Counted from the whole stretch's first letter, positions 12,546 to 27,089 are shown. The stretch: DNA of 61,344 nt, filler included, from Basidiobolus ranarum (GCA_040143965.1; 10 parts of 10 records of this genome joined end to end with filler, not necessarily neighbours in it), one strand, 5' to 3'. Notes: generated from the sequence alone by a model not told the origin. Made by a program: numbers and translations.

Positions 12546-13966
12546 TTAAGTGTTAATAGGTCTTGTAAGAACGCTATTGATGAATACTTTGATGGAAGCC
12601 AAAGTTTGCTTTCCTACTGGGATGATATTCTGGGGTGGTAGTACAAAACCAGGATTATTTTGCTTTGGAGAAAGCTCCACTGTCAATGAGGTACTTCTGA
12701 ATTTTTGCTTCTGAAGGACTTCATCACTATAGAACCAATCTGCCGCGCTGCCGGAGGCAATATAAAGAGCACTAATCTGTTGGGCAACATATTGCTCGCT
12801 AGGGTTGACACTACGAATGGCACTCTTCATGTTCTTTGCTAACTCAGTATATGGAGCAGCAGTTGTTGGCTTAGAGTATGTCCAAGCGTAGGGCCACATG
12901 ATTAGCTCACTATAAGAGTGATAGTCAATGGCACCAACAATACCAGTTTGCTGAAAGTAGTAGTTCATCAATGCTTTAACCTCAGGCTCACTTGCAGCTG
13001 AAGGACCCATATAGGTTTCATCCCTAGGATCGGTAGACGATCCTCCTTTGTTCCAATGATCAGGCCAGTTGCGGTTCTAAAGATATAAAGGTGGTGTTAG
13101 CTTCTTGTTTGATGTGGTGAGATATTTGATGATATATTGCAGTTGTGAGTCAGACAACTCAAAAGAATATCATACTATATATTGATATCTCTGTAGCATT
13201 CAGAGTTTGCACTTACTGTGTCAACTCCATATATCCCGCTGCCATTGTTGCGGCGATTCTTACGCCACAAACGATCTCCGTTCCAAGTGTACTCGTAGCC
13301 ATCAGGGTTTGATACGGGGATGATAATAATCTCGGTTTCATCAAGAATCTTCTTGATACTTGCGTCAGTGGCATATCCTGAAGCAAGACCGTCGGCCACA
13401 TATTGCATAGTGGTTGTGGCAATCCATTCTCTAGCATGTTGAAGTCCTTGGAACCAGAATTTCTTCTTTGTCACTCCATTTTTGCTGGTAATCCTGAGAG
13501 CTGGGATGTCCTTGCCGAGGGTCGTTTTTCCAATGGAAGGTACAAGGGTTACAAGGTCTGGATACTTTACGGAGAGATTTTGGAGCCACTGGACGATATC
13601 AGTGAAAGTACGATAACTCTGGAACCAAGTAGCATCATCCACCGCACGTTTGGACAAAGCGGTGTGTTTCAATACCTTCGTCTCCTCGTCAATGTTCTCC
13701 TGGATATTCTCGATTAAAACTTCTGGTGAGAAGTCATTGAGCTTTTCAATATCATCAGGTGAAGCGCGAACATGAAGAACGTCAGTAGATTTATGCCAGA
13801 CATCTAGATTGTTCTTGCTGATGAAATCCATGACAGCATCCGAGAGTTTTACCTGAACCAACTTGTGATTGTCATAACGGACTGGGCGAGCCAAGAACTC
13901 AGTAACTGGGACTGATAGAACACTGGAAGCGGATAAGATCAGAGAGAGTAGAGTGGTATAGCGCAT
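12546..13966 (-). CDS. Secreted zinc carboxypeptidase, M14A (carboxypeptidase A/B-like) with propeptide; 2 exons (13966-13217, 13076-12546), ~426 aa
   Basis: Signal peptide MRYTTLLSLILSASSVLS. Zinc ligands HAREW and DYHSYS, WRKNR, catalytic Glu in TVEL. The GT-AG intron 13216-13077 joins GVDT|NRNW in frame. Confidence 0.93.
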
Positions 13967-16900
13967 GATGAACAAAGGCCAATATTGTATTCACACCGGC
14001 GTCTATTTCATTTTATACCTTTTGGTCATCAACAGTAGATGAAAGTGGTATAGCGATATCTATGGCAAGTATTTTTCATACCATTTACTCATGTAAACCA
14101 GCGAAATACCTGAAAATTATTTTTTTTTGCTGGAAATCACTACTAAAACTGAAGAAAGCATGCATACAAGAGTTTACATGCTAAAATTTCCAACCTTGCT
14201 CACTGTTGGTCGGTGTTGAAACCAAAAACATAGTATTTTACTGGATTTTTCTAGCACCATGTGGTAAAATACGAGTGAATTGTACAACTCTGACTATACT
14301 TGATGACTGTTATGTATTTACAAGGAGTAAATCAAGAAGTGTCAGGAATGACAGTTTAGCTTTGTACTAGGGCACCTCAAGTGAGCATTCGAATGTGTTA
14401 CAATATTCCCAATTATTATTGGTAAATTCGGCTTTCGCTTATGGAATTGAACCAAGTGATGATTATCTAAGAACCTCAGATCTACTCTAGCTAATTCTAG
14501 AGTAAAAACTGGTTAAGTAATCTTCATTTTTCCTCGATTCATTTGGTAAATGATCGTAACATCAGAGACACCACTGATATCATTTACCTTTCGCCAAAAA
14601 ATGATTTTTTGGTTTGAATAACTAATAACTGCAACGGATGATAAACTCCTCATACTAACATACTAACATGTCTGTACACACGCAATCCGGAAGATCCTTG
14701 GACTTGGTGGAAAAAATAGCGTCGGCCTCTTATTTCTGAAGCTTATAGCATTAAACAATATTTTTTTTAATATTTCCAAAAGTGGCCTTGTAGGTCACTA
14801 ATCCTAATGCGAAGTACCTGATACGTGAATGCCAACGGAATTAGATAGCAAGCAGAAACTTTTGGTTTCAATTTCTTTTGGTGGGAAGATTCTTCACAAA
14901 TCTTGTTCGTGGAAAGGATGTTATATGATAGGAACATTGTAGAGCTTAGATACTTGTATGAATGAATCACATTCCGGTTGATTAAGTGATGTATATTTCC
15001 TTAAAACGTTCCCATCACCAGAATTTGGAACTCTCGGATTTTTAGAAGAAAACGGCATATCTTCAATGATTTACGCTATATTGAGATTATGTTCAAAATG
15101 GTGGATACATATGCACGAGGCTTTCCATGTGACTAACGAACAGTATCCAAAAAACCTTTCTTTTCTCATCAGATGACATTCAACAATGATGGGCTTCGAG
15201 TAACCAACATTTCGGTCACATTCAATATTCCAATGGCATTGCACTATCCATTGTTCCACTAAAGCATGTGTAATAGCGTTGTCATACTCTCTACTTATGG
15301 ACTAGCCGGTCCACAACTGTATATCTTAAATTCAAGCATTTAAATAGTTACTTATTGCTTAAAATTGATGTACTTGCGAAATATTGATATTTTAAATTCG
15401 AGCATATATGACGAATCCATTTGAAGAATATAAAGGAGAGGTGGATTGTTTACACCTGTCTAAATCTCTTCAAACTCCTTACCTCATCAATATGTATATT
15501 TCACCTAGTTTCGTATTAATTTGAAATATCACTGGTAGCATCAAATATCATACAATTTAGCATTCCAATAAACAGAGGATTTATCTCCTCGAAATATTTC
15601 TTAACTTACAAGGCATAATCACCAGTAGAGTCACCACAACGTGAGAAACGATAGGCTTGATATAATCAGGTATATGATACAATGGTGATCTAACTACCTT
15701 ATTTGGGTGAAGAAGTAGTTCCTTTTACTAGCAATGTTTCAGAGGAAAGATGGGCCAGTACAAAGACTTATCTGCGAAACAAGGTAAATACCATATCATG
15801 GTAAAATTCTCTTGCGGTAAATAGTGACATATCAATCCAAGTTCAGAACATCTAAATAACTAGAATTAGATTTGTTTCTAAATCGTATTTAACCAATACT
15901 TGACTTGACTCGGTGAGAAATGACTGGGCCTCGATGGTAACGCGTTAACTCCATCCTGAAGCACCAACTATAGATCTGAAACTGCTACTGTAATGATGCA
16001 CAAATAGATGACCTATAAATAAATCTAGTAACAAATCATAAAAACTCACCCAGAGGTTGCAGTAAACTAAATGGGAGCGAATGTTCAGCAACCGTAGCTA
16101 TTGGTTAAGAAGTAGAGAGTTCTTTTCATGTCATCTATTCAATAAAATTTTGAATTCAAATATCATTTTTCGTGTGTAAAAAATCAGCTCTGCTCAAATT
16201 ATAGATTTTTTGAACCACCTGATTTAGGCATCTAAAGATATTTCTCGATGGCAACTATACTGTTTGTAACTTGTAAGATTATTATTATTTAATACTTCGT
16301 AACCCTATACCATCTAATTCTCCATATCATCCAAATCTCTATTTTTGGAAGTCGTAAACTTGAGAAATTTCTAATGTTACCCTAAAAATGATCAAATTTA
16401 ACATACCATGATTCTAATAATCTCAACTTTGCTCATTGTTGCTATACATACTTATGTATCTAATAATTTGTTTATTTCTGTTAATGCTTGCTAGTTTCAA
16501 CCATGACTGCCTATTGCTAAGTAAATAACTCCTCCACTACTCTGTTCCTGAAATATATATATATACTTGTATTTTGCACTTTCCATTGCCGGCACATACG
16601 TCTCATATTGACTGGAGGTTAGTACTATTATGAGAAAATACTGAAGGAAATGCTGGTAAATAACAATGGAAATTGCTACAAACGGGAGTTGAATTCTTGC
16701 ACATTGCTATATACTGTTTTCAAGTTTCGATAGGTAAAGCCCTATGAAAAAACAATTATTATTGGACCTTTCATAAGCTACCTAATTGTTAAATCTTCTA
16801 ATATTGGCAAAACAATGAGTGGAAATCATTAGGTTTTGTTAATATCAGCTTCATGTGTACTTTAATTTGGCCAGCATATGTAACTTCGACCACCCAGAGT

Positions 16901-17836
16901 GTTGTGAACACCACAAAGACTCCAAAGATAGCAAAAGTAGTGTATAGGGCAACATTACCGCACTTGGCGATAGTAGCATTCTTTAGAGCACTACTAATAC
17001 CACTAATGACATTGAACATACCAGGACAGTAGAGACTTACGTACAGAAGTGGCCAGTAGGACCTTGGTCACAGGGCTGTTATACCAAATACCGATCCTGT
17101 TTGTGAAATTGGGTACAGTATTGTTTGATGAAAGAAAATTGTTAATGTATGAAAATTGAGCTTTGCCCACTGCTCACATCCAAATCAAGATTCTTCGGGC
17201 CTTGATCAGAATTGAAACTTCATCAGCGATACCATTATTGGCCAAGTACTATATAAATATGATCGACTGTGTGACTGCTATATATGATATAATTCAGAAA
17301 AAGAGGTTACAGCAGCTTAAATAAATCTAGAAATTTTCCCCTTCAGGTTGGAGCAACCTAGATCGTATCTGTCTGACAATGTAGAACTATCTTAATATGT
17401 ATATACACATTTGGATTTCGCGCATCAATAGTTCCCCGGATTTGTACAAGTGACTTCCTTTCACTTTACTAGTCAGCTCATAATAATAAGTAAAACTTCA
17501 GTTCCCTAATATGGCGGAAATTTAATCCTCATGATATTCTTACCGAGGTTGTTCATATTGCCAAGCATGTCAACTGCCGTAATGCTAGCACTACTGAGCT
17601 TTTAGCTGATCAATCCTGTGTTTAAAATAGGAGGACACCATTGATATCATTACTCACCGTATCCTAACTACTGACCAACGCAATATCAAGACACATGGAT
17701 ACACTATTGATGTACCATGAAAAATCTATTTATCCAGAATTAGGCTATAATCAAAGTTAACTTGATTTCTTTTTGGAAAATATATTCAGTTTATTTCTAA
17801 TAAAGATTGAGGATTCAAATCAATTCTTGTGTACAT

Positions 17837-18365
<529 letters not shown>

Positions 18366-20744
18366 NNNNNNNNNNNNNNNNNNNNNNNNNNNNNNNNNNN
18401 NNNNNNNNNTTAATTAATTAANNNNNNNNNNNNNNNNNNNNNNNNNNNNNNNNNNNNNNNNNNNNTAGCTTTGGGAGAAAAGGATCAGAACTTATACAAA
18501 CTTACATTCAGCCTCGGATGAATTTTTGCTAACTGGAAAGCGAGATTCAGTTCCTACCAAATGATCGTGGTTGTGGGAACATTATACTTGATGGATCGCT
18601 TACTCTCTGACTTAGACTCGTTATGAACCTGATCCGGACTCCAGTGTATGGTATACGGATACACTGTATCAGAAAATCAATGCCAGAATATGAGATCGGA
18701 AGGTGAGTCCTAAAGGAATCGTAATCAAAGCTGTCGGTGAGCGAATCAGAGCGATGATCTCTCCCCCAATGATGTCATATTCAGCGGAAAATCCAGAGAA
18801 TTGAAAATCACTTTTTGGTACATTTTATCTTGGCTAATAGGTATGTTGGTCAGATCATGGAAAAGATAAAGGACCCTTCGTTGACATGTGGATAATAGGG
18901 TTAGGCAAGGGAACCATGGAACTTCGCAGCACTGAGTCCACAATTATTAATATTCCTTTCAGTCATCCCAAAACGGACCTAATGTGATAAAAGTAGAGGA
19001 TAGTGGCTAAATAGGGAGATAAACTTCCGCATCCGGTTAATCCGTCCTTACCCAATGACCTCCACTGTGTCAGGCTTCAATTGGAATGGGGGCCTTCATG
19101 GTTAAGACTAAAATAGAGAGGTTGCGCGGCATTTGCTTGGTCCACTTCTCTTTGAACTTTAAATCATGGTTAATGTAATGTATGCATTTGCTTGATGAGA
19201 ATACATTGGTTGAACACATCCAATTGGGAAGAATCAGTGATACGAAGTGCTTGTAAATAGAAACATTACCAGAGTAAATTTGGAAGCGACTTGAATTCCA
19301 TGTTGATCATGAGGGTTTCGTTTGTATGTATTCTATATTAACTGTAACATTATCTACGTCGCTGTACTCCAAAATATTCTCCCCCGAATCACACCCTGTC
19401 TCTTTCGACTAAACTTGGAATATCGCAGACCATGCAGTACCTATTTATCAAATGTTTGTCAACTGATCTCCAGATATCCCTTTATGTCAAACTCCCGCCC
19501 ATAGCCATGGTGCAGCTAAATGATAGATATGGTGTTGTTCATCATGCATTCGCAGGTAGTGTAACAGTGTGCTATGCTCAGGAAATTGGGCCGTTTCTTA
19601 GCACCATTCGAATTCACTAGTCAAGGCTAAGTTCAATGGAATCCTAAATGGCCACCCCGTGATCATCAGCCAAATAGAGGATTCTTTTTCCACGCTAAAA
19701 AAATCCAAACTTATTCCTGGATTGTTCCCTTGTTTACATGTCCCAAATCAAACATCTCCTTGGCTGGCCCATATCAAGTTGCGCGGAAAAAGGGGACTCA
19801 TGAAAGTTCATATTGAGTTAAGCGGGGTCAATTTGATCTGGTTGCTGGTTACTATCCGGCCAATGATGACGCTTGTTGATTGATTGCACCATGAGTGTCC
19901 CTAGTATGAATTGCATTTATTTGATAGGCTGCTAGTAGCAGAGTCTCGAGTGGGTTCCCAATACGTTTCAGCGTATAGCTGTTAGGGTACATCTGTCTAT
20001 GGAAAACACCTTTTAATGTACTGTTGCAGGGTATTTTCATAATGTGCACTTGAATTAGGGCTCGATCTATAAGCATGAAATATCGGGATCCTCTCCGGTT
20101 GCTGATCCTGTGAGATATTGCTAAGTGCGAGTTGAAGGATTCCTCACCGTCATCTTAAGTCTATCAAGTAGACACTTTCCGATATATTCCAATCATTGGC
20201 AATTATCACTGCCCCTATTTTGCCCCCTTCATTTAGTAAAGCTATACCGACTTGGTTACCTTGGCGACAGGCCCTTGGAACTTGCTAATTATGAGTGAGA
20301 GTTCACTCTATTAGCTACAGCCAAGAGTGTCTCTGATAGGCTGGACTTCAGCGTAATGATCATGTATATGCAACTTGCTTAAATCATGCTGTGATTTGGA
20401 ATTGTTAATCAAGTCTGGTACACTTCTCTTTCGACATTTGAGTCCAGACGTAGCTTTGGAGTTTGAACGGTTTATTTACATATAATCTTCAAATGGTTCA
20501 ATTAATGATCTATTAAATAATCAACATAACCAATGAAGCGAGTGATTCAAAATGAAAACATAAACGGAATAATAGTGGATTAGGCTGTAGGTTTGGCTAG
20601 CAAATCAAGTATCTTGCATAGGTTTTAGGCAGTGCAATTAATCACTATTCTCGCCACTATATCTTCACCAGTGCCAAGAAAAAAATCATTTAGAAATACA
20701 GTTATTATACATCAGGTTCTAACACAAATAGGGGCTTTGACGAG

Positions 20745-21590
20745 TTAAAGTTCCATTTCTTCCGAGTCCTCCCCTTCGGAATCACTAGTGTAACATAAAG
20801 AAAGTGAGGACGGTCTATTAGCTGCGTAGAAATCTCCTCGTCGGGGTAAATAGTGTCGTGGCTTTAACGGACGAAGGATTTTGTTTGCCTTAACCATGCT
20901 CGACTCGGCGAGACTTATGCGAAGGTACTCTTGATTCGAACGAATATTCCGTGGGCCTGATAAACGAGGGGGAAGAAGCTCTTCGACGTCGCATTTAGAT
21001 TCTCGGATTTCTTTGGGGTTGGTGGAGGGGCAAATTCCAAAGCTATCTTTGATCTCGGTGTTTCCCGTAAATCCTTCAAAATTGGTGCGTTTCCCATACT
21101 GACATAACAGCTCGTTGGTGTATTTAATAAAAAGTGCTTTGGTAGGATGAAGTATTTCTATTAGAGAATCACGGGCTTGCTTCAGTCGGATGTCAGGTCG
21201 GGGGAATTTATTAGTAGTGGGTCCGGAATTCGCTTCAAGCGGATTCGAGGATAGGGTAACGCACAAGACGCCGGACACTCCATCGCCCTTAACTGGGAGT
21301 TCTTTATATGAAAAGGGACAGATGGGAGAGACTTCGGGGTGAACAGAGTGCTCTTTTGAGAGGTTCATATGAAGAGAATTCAAATCGGCGGAATTATCAT
21401 GTATGTACACAGCCGGGTTGGATTTTTCCCAACATTCTGAAGATATGGTTAAAACAGGTAACACTGGGGAGGCTTTCGCAGTGATGTTGCTTCTAAAAAT
21501 TGTGGGTTGAGGATAGACTTTAGGTGTGGATGATCTGCGCTGCTTCTTGGGTCTACTACTTGACTTCAAGAATAAACGTCCACGATCCAT
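20745..21590 (-). CDS. Uncharacterised protein (~281 aa), Ser/Pro-rich with basic N-terminus and motif-like C-terminus
   Basis: Long intronless ORF. A TATAAATA at ~21672-21680 (minus strand) argues for the ATG at 21590 rather than 21704. NLS-like RPKKQRR. Confidence 0.65.
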   Translation of the reverse strand: MDRGRLFLKSSSRPKKQRRSSTPKVYPQPTIFRSNITAKASPVLPVLTISSECWEKSNPAVYIHDNSADLNSLHMNLSKEHSVHPEVSPICPFSYKELPVKGDGVSGVLCVTLSSNPLEANSGPTTNKFPRPDIRLKQARDSLIEILHPTKALFIKYTNELLCQYGKRTNFEGFTGNTEIKDSFGICPSTNPKEIRESKCDVEELLPPRLSGPRNIRSNQEYLRISLAESSMVKANKILRPLKPRHYLPRRGDFYAANRPSSLSLCYTSDSEGEDSEEMEL

Positions 21591-24500
21591 GATGTTAAAA
21601 GAAGAGAATGGGGAGAGGGAGTGGTGATATGATTTGGAAGTGAATTTGTTTTCGATGATGAATCTGTCGCTATATTTATATTCGACCGCTCCCTCTCCTC
21701 TCATTCCATACTACCTATCTCGTCGAGTTTTGCTATTGTCATAACTAATTTAAAGTATATGGAATATTCCAAGATTTTATACTGTTTAAAATAGCATTCG
21801 AGTGTTTAAGAAAGTGAACCAATACCGAGGGGAATCGGATGAAATCTATTTGGTTGGCGACCGATAAGAGTGCACATTTCGGGATGGTTTTACTTACCTA
21901 GTTTGCTTCCCACTTTTAGATCGCAATATTAATTCAGCATATAATAATAGAGTGGAATACATAGAATCCACCGCACCAGTGATCCTGCACGACGACGGTA
22001 GCCAATGGAAGCAGGGGAAAACAAAATAAAGATGATTTGGGATCCTACTCCAACACGAATATCATTGGAGCCAGAGAAATTCCTGATAAGGAAGCTGTAG
22101 TGTGTTTCCACTCTACCATGTGGTCGGCTTCGACAGGACTTTTCCCATGGCATCAACCGGTTTACTTCAAGATATCAAGGTTCACAAAGAATCCGAGGTT
22201 ATGTCTTGGTACTATGTGTATTTCCCGAACGGATAGTAACCAAACTGTTTCATTGTGTTGCTCGTGTTTCTTGATCATATATGTCCAATCGGGAACACAG
22301 ATCGTCGTGGGTTTCCCACTCTGCAAGACTTCCCTATCAGTCAGCCTTACCCACTGGCGTTTCATGGCAGCAATTGATAGCGGCCATTAGAAGCAGATGT
22401 CTTCTGGGATGCGAAGAATTCGAGAGAAATGGGTGGTGTATCCTGCAGGAGAGCTCTCGACATGTTTTGAGACCCACTCTAGCTGACGACGCAAGCAGAT
22501 AAGTCGTGTTCGAGATCAGTTTGAGCATAAACTTGGAGCATACGCATGGATGAGGTTATTTCGCATCATGGAATTGGTTTGTTACTAAAGCTTATTTCGC
22601 ATAATTTCGGTAGTTACCTGGACCATACATACCTTACAAACAATATTTGCCTATCGCTACCGACGTAATCCTGTTTAGCCAAATATTTGCAACCAAGATT
22701 TTTTCCTGACTCAGGAACTGATACAGGATGGAGCCGAGAACACTGCTTGAGTACCATCACTCACCTAGTACAAACTAATCAGGGTCGTTATCTCCTGTTT
22801 CATTATGCTCTTGCAGTGTGGAACCTGAAACATCTGATGTTTCTTTACAGCTCAGAAAGTAATGTGATCACTCCGGAGAAACATCAAATGCAACTCTTTG
22901 GCTTCTATGGCGACCTCCCTAGACTCTGGAAATATTCTTGAGTCATATCAAACAACATCTTGGCCGCTAATACTGTCTCGTGAGTGAGGGTTTTGGTTTT
23001 CATTCGAAGCATGTAACTCAAGAACCCATATTCAGTCAATGTCTTTGGGCTGGAGTCCACATACTTGTTATCTCTATACTTGCTTAAAATCCAAAAAATA
23101 TTCTCACCACAAGGTGATATGCAAAGGTCGGCCCCTTGTCGTCAGATGATGAGCACATCATTGCGTTATCATGGTTTGTAGAGTGCAGGGTCGGAAATAT
23201 TCTTATCATCTCGTTGTTTTACATTACTCGACGTTTTGTTATCGAAATTGTACTTGGCTAATGTAAGTGATGCATAATAAGGGAGACAAAGCGATTTTAG
23301 TGTAGTTGTGGCGAGGTTTCAACGTGTTCCTGGTGACAACACCTATCTCTCTCATTCTCCACACACAGAGAGAGTGTATCGGAGATTTAAAAAATTCACT
23401 CAAAATTGGATCTAGCTATCTTGAAACGGAACAAGTGTACTGGGATGTTAACCATTGAAACAGGGTATTATCCTGCAAGGCTACTAGGTAATTTGGCCAA
23501 CTCACGAGCTTCAGTATTTGTACTACTCTATTGTTCCCACATTTCTTTTTCACCTGCTTTTTTCAGGGTACATCGAGTATGGTATACCCCGTTTTTAAGT
23601 CAATCTTCGCTAGCGCTTGGAGATGTTCTAAAGCATTTCTATCATCGATGCTCTGGACTGACAGTTGAGAGGATCGGTTGATTGCCAACCGGTAGAGAGA
23701 AGTTGTAAGTTACATGGTGGGAAATCAAGTAGCAATTGGAGTCACGCAATGGTAGTTCGATATAGAACAGGGTATGTGAACATCCCAGTGCTGGGCACTT
23801 TCAGCGTGAGTTTGCCAATTCGATTTGTGCAAATAAGAATTCAGTGGAATCTCAAGTTCCGTGTTGAGCTTACAATCCGCCGAAAATGGATAACAATCAG
23901 TCGATTCCAAATCATAAGGTTACTCAACCCGTTCGTCATCGGGATTTTTCTTCGGTAACTAAGGGTACATATCTGCTATGGTAACTTGATGATCGTTGGA
24001 GTTGATTGTCAGGTGTTAAGTTCTAATCGAAGTATCATGGGAACCTAGTCCAACACTTGACATCTCCCCATCAATTATAGTACCGGACACTGTGGGTCCG
24101 AATAAGAACACAATACATTGATGAAGGGCCAAGGAGCTTGATGACTATCTCGCTACTCTTTCCAGGCCAACTACGTGTTTTCTAGAGAATCCAACAACAA
24201 ATACTTACTATGGGCTGGTTACTGAGTCAAACTACAGACAGTCGAGAATATGCACCTATATAGTGGATTCGTACCAAAACGCATAGAAATGGTCGGTGGA
24301 TGCTTTATTCATTGATTTGGGTGCGTTATGGTTCGAAACATTACATATAATCGGCTATATATCTCGTAACATACCGGATTCTCCGCTTATATATCGGGAA
24401 AGGGGGAGCTAGGGAGCTGACTTTCAATACTGCAAGTATTTCAAAAACATGGAGGTGTAGAGATGCTAACATTTATTTCACTTGAACGGAGAGAGAAGCG

Positions 24501-25753
24501 TCATATTGAACACGNNNNNNNNNNNNNNNNNNNNNNNNNNNNNNNNNNNNNNNNNNNNTTAATTAATTAANNNNNNNNNNNNNNNNNNNNNNNNNNNNNN
24601 NNNNNNNNNNNNNNTCCTGTCTGTGGAAACGGCGAGCTTGAAATATTCAAAGAAGTACAGAACCCGAGACCTTTTAAAAGAGAAAAGAATCCCACTGTAA
24701 CATGCCATGGCCTTTTAAGGTAAAAGCTTTTTATATGTAAGCCAAAAAAAACGAAGCTGATTGTTTTCAATTTAGGTGCAAAAACCAAAAATGTATGGAT
24801 GCCATGACTGAGAGTGCTAGGACTTCTGGAGGTACTCTTCACCATCGTCTTTGGAATCGTAATATGGCAGCTACTTTGAATTTCCGACATATTCTTTTTG
24901 GGCTGCGGGAAAACGGGGTCTCATTAGCTAGTAGTAGTCGACCTACTAAAAAACCAACCCATCCTTTGTAGTTACCGCTACACTAATCCAAGATACAGTG
25001 TAAGTCTTTGAACATTAATGCGCTTCGTCTACAAAAAAAATTACACTGCCTATTTTTTTTACATTCACTCGTCTCAAAGTTTTTTTTGCAATTGTCCCAT
25101 ATATTTTATGAAGCGTCTAATTTTTTTTTAAATTGTCTCATTTTAGGCTATAAACCTCTATAAGAAACGCACGAATTAGATGTGATATAGCTGGTAGTAA
25201 ATATTACCAGACCAACATTAGGAACCTATTACTGCGGATAAACGAAAGCAGTTAAATGATAATAATCAGAGTTACTACTGTTTGTGGACGTTCATAGAGA
25301 GTAGAGTCTGAGATAGTATCTCTCTTGTTACTCCATGTATTTGCGTATCATACATTGCAGTTTACAAACAGTAGTTAAATTATCAGTGCCCTATACTCTA
25401 TACTACATATATACTATCTGGATTCATCTACCTACTTACTATTTATCCTCAGAAGTCAACCATATCTAGCTAGTTGACCAATTAGTAGTATATTCGGTAC
25501 TACCTGTGCCTTTACCTCCTCTACCCTCTATATTCATGGTTCCGGTGCTAATCGTGTAGTCTCTTAACGTTTGCTCAAAACATATGATTTCTATTGAATC
25601 AACGTGGCGTTTCTATCAGAAATATAGAGATACTCAATGCAGTATATCACCTCCCACTTGTGCTTTGAGCTTGCCAATAAAACAATTTATTAAAAGATTT
25701 ATCACATTAAAACTATTTCGGCTCTCTTATAATAAATTATCGGGATATGTAAA

Positions 25754-26413
25754 CTAGACTAATAATGTAACAGTAAGTACAGCAGCTATGGTCATTATCC
25801 CGGAGCTGAATACATTCTTACTTGGTGAAGCATTGGTACTTTTGGCTGGCAGAGTAAAGTTCTTTGTATTAGACACATCACTATGATTAGTCTTGTCAGC
25901 GTCATGCCAGATGAATGATACTCCCTCTCCTAAATAGAAGTTCACATATGTAGTGATGTAGGGACCTCCTTTTCCATTAATAATATAATTCCAGTCACTA
26001 GTGTGTACACTACCATCCTCGTTGATGCTCTCCACCACTGCCACATGTCCATATGAATCGCAGCCTTGATAACCAGGCTGAATAGCAATAATAGAGGGAA
26101 CACGTGGTTTAGTAGAGACTACCCAGCCCGTAGTGTTCATGGCATGAGCAGGCCAGGTTTTGGCATTACCCCACCATTGAGTATGATGACAAGTAAGCTG
26201 ATAGTACCGAGCATCCGCCCAATCGGTACATTGGCCATTGTGGAAGCGAAACTGGAGAGGGCAGTGGTCTATGAGATTACTTCCGATGTTTGATTCTGTG
26301 GTGTTATAGGATAGTGGAGAGGCAATGGATGCTGTAGAAGCTTGGACGGCCACATTCAAGGAATTAACAGTAGCCAAAACGGCACACGAGAGGATGGAGA
26401 GCACTTTAACCAT
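25754..26413 (-). CDS. Secreted, probably GPI-anchored CHAP-domain (Cys/His-dependent amidohydrolase/peptidase) protein, 219 aa
   Basis: N-terminal signal peptide. CHAP motifs GQCTDWA (Cys codon 26228-26230), WGNAKTW, YGHVAVVE (His codon 26045-26047) and SDWNY. S/T/N-rich linker, then terminal hydrophobic IMTIAAVLTVTLLV. TATA at ~26475-26483 and AATAAA at ~25686-25691 on the minus strand. Confidence 0.9.
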   Translation of the reverse strand: MVKVLSILSCAVLATVNSLNVAVQASTASIASPLSYNTTESNIGSNLIDHCPLQFRFHNGQCTDWADARYYQLTCHHTQWWGNAKTWPAHAMNTTGWVVSTKPRVPSIIAIQPGYQGCDSYGHVAVVESINEDGSVHTSDWNYIINGKGGPYITTYVNFYLGEGVSFIWHDADKTNHSDVSNTKNFTLPAKSTNASPSKNVFSSGIMTIAAVLTVTLLV

Positions 26414-27089
26414 TATTTTCTATTTTGATCAGTGGACAAAATTATTAATACAGTAATAGTAGTCCTACGGCTCACTATTTATATGAAGTATTTAATGTTC
26501 AAAGGATTAACAACGACCATCATTGAATAGCCAGTTATAACCAATCATTCTTGGACTGATGCTTTTGGATTTCCTTACCAGAAACGAGTAAGCAATTTTG
26601 ACCCAGAATAGAAGCAAACCATTTATAGCGGTTATTGCTCTTACGAGGTACTAATTTGGCCGACTGTTCCCTATTATAGATTAGTTTCGCTCGATTTGGT
26701 CATTCGATTCTAGCAGTCTAATGATTATGATTTTCGTCGATATTGGTCACTTTACAGTAACTCATTCTAGACTAAGCCAAGAACTAAAATTTCACACTAT
26801 CTACCACTTAATGTGACCACCAAGTAATTTCGTAGGCCATTTCTATTTTTGATTTCGCCCATACTTTGGACGTGGGGGGGGGTTCAAAATCCCCCGTGTT
26901 CCAACTGAATTTCTTGAAATCAATAATGACCAAGTGTAGCTTGAATTTCAAAAAACCGTTTTTACACTCTTGAAAATCGCAATTGCGCATATTAGGTAAT
27001 ATAAAGTGATTCACCTATTCAGTTCATTAGGCCTTTGCATTATTGATATATCTATGGTAAAATCTAACAATGAGCCTGTTCATTCCATG

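Noticed and set aside
16960-17130. Plus-strand peptide ETYVQKWPVGPWSQGCY, faintly like flavin amine oxidase C-termini
   Set aside because: Flanked by stops, with no other oxidase motifs found; too short to support.
21929-24514. Many short overlapping ORFs in contig 4
   Set aside because: No recognisable motifs or consistent splice model; may be old pseudogene DNA but cannot be assigned.
26865-26905. G-run/C-run hairpin between the CHAP gene and its pseudogene
   Set aside because: Imperfect stem, no second copy and no element boundaries; function unsupported.
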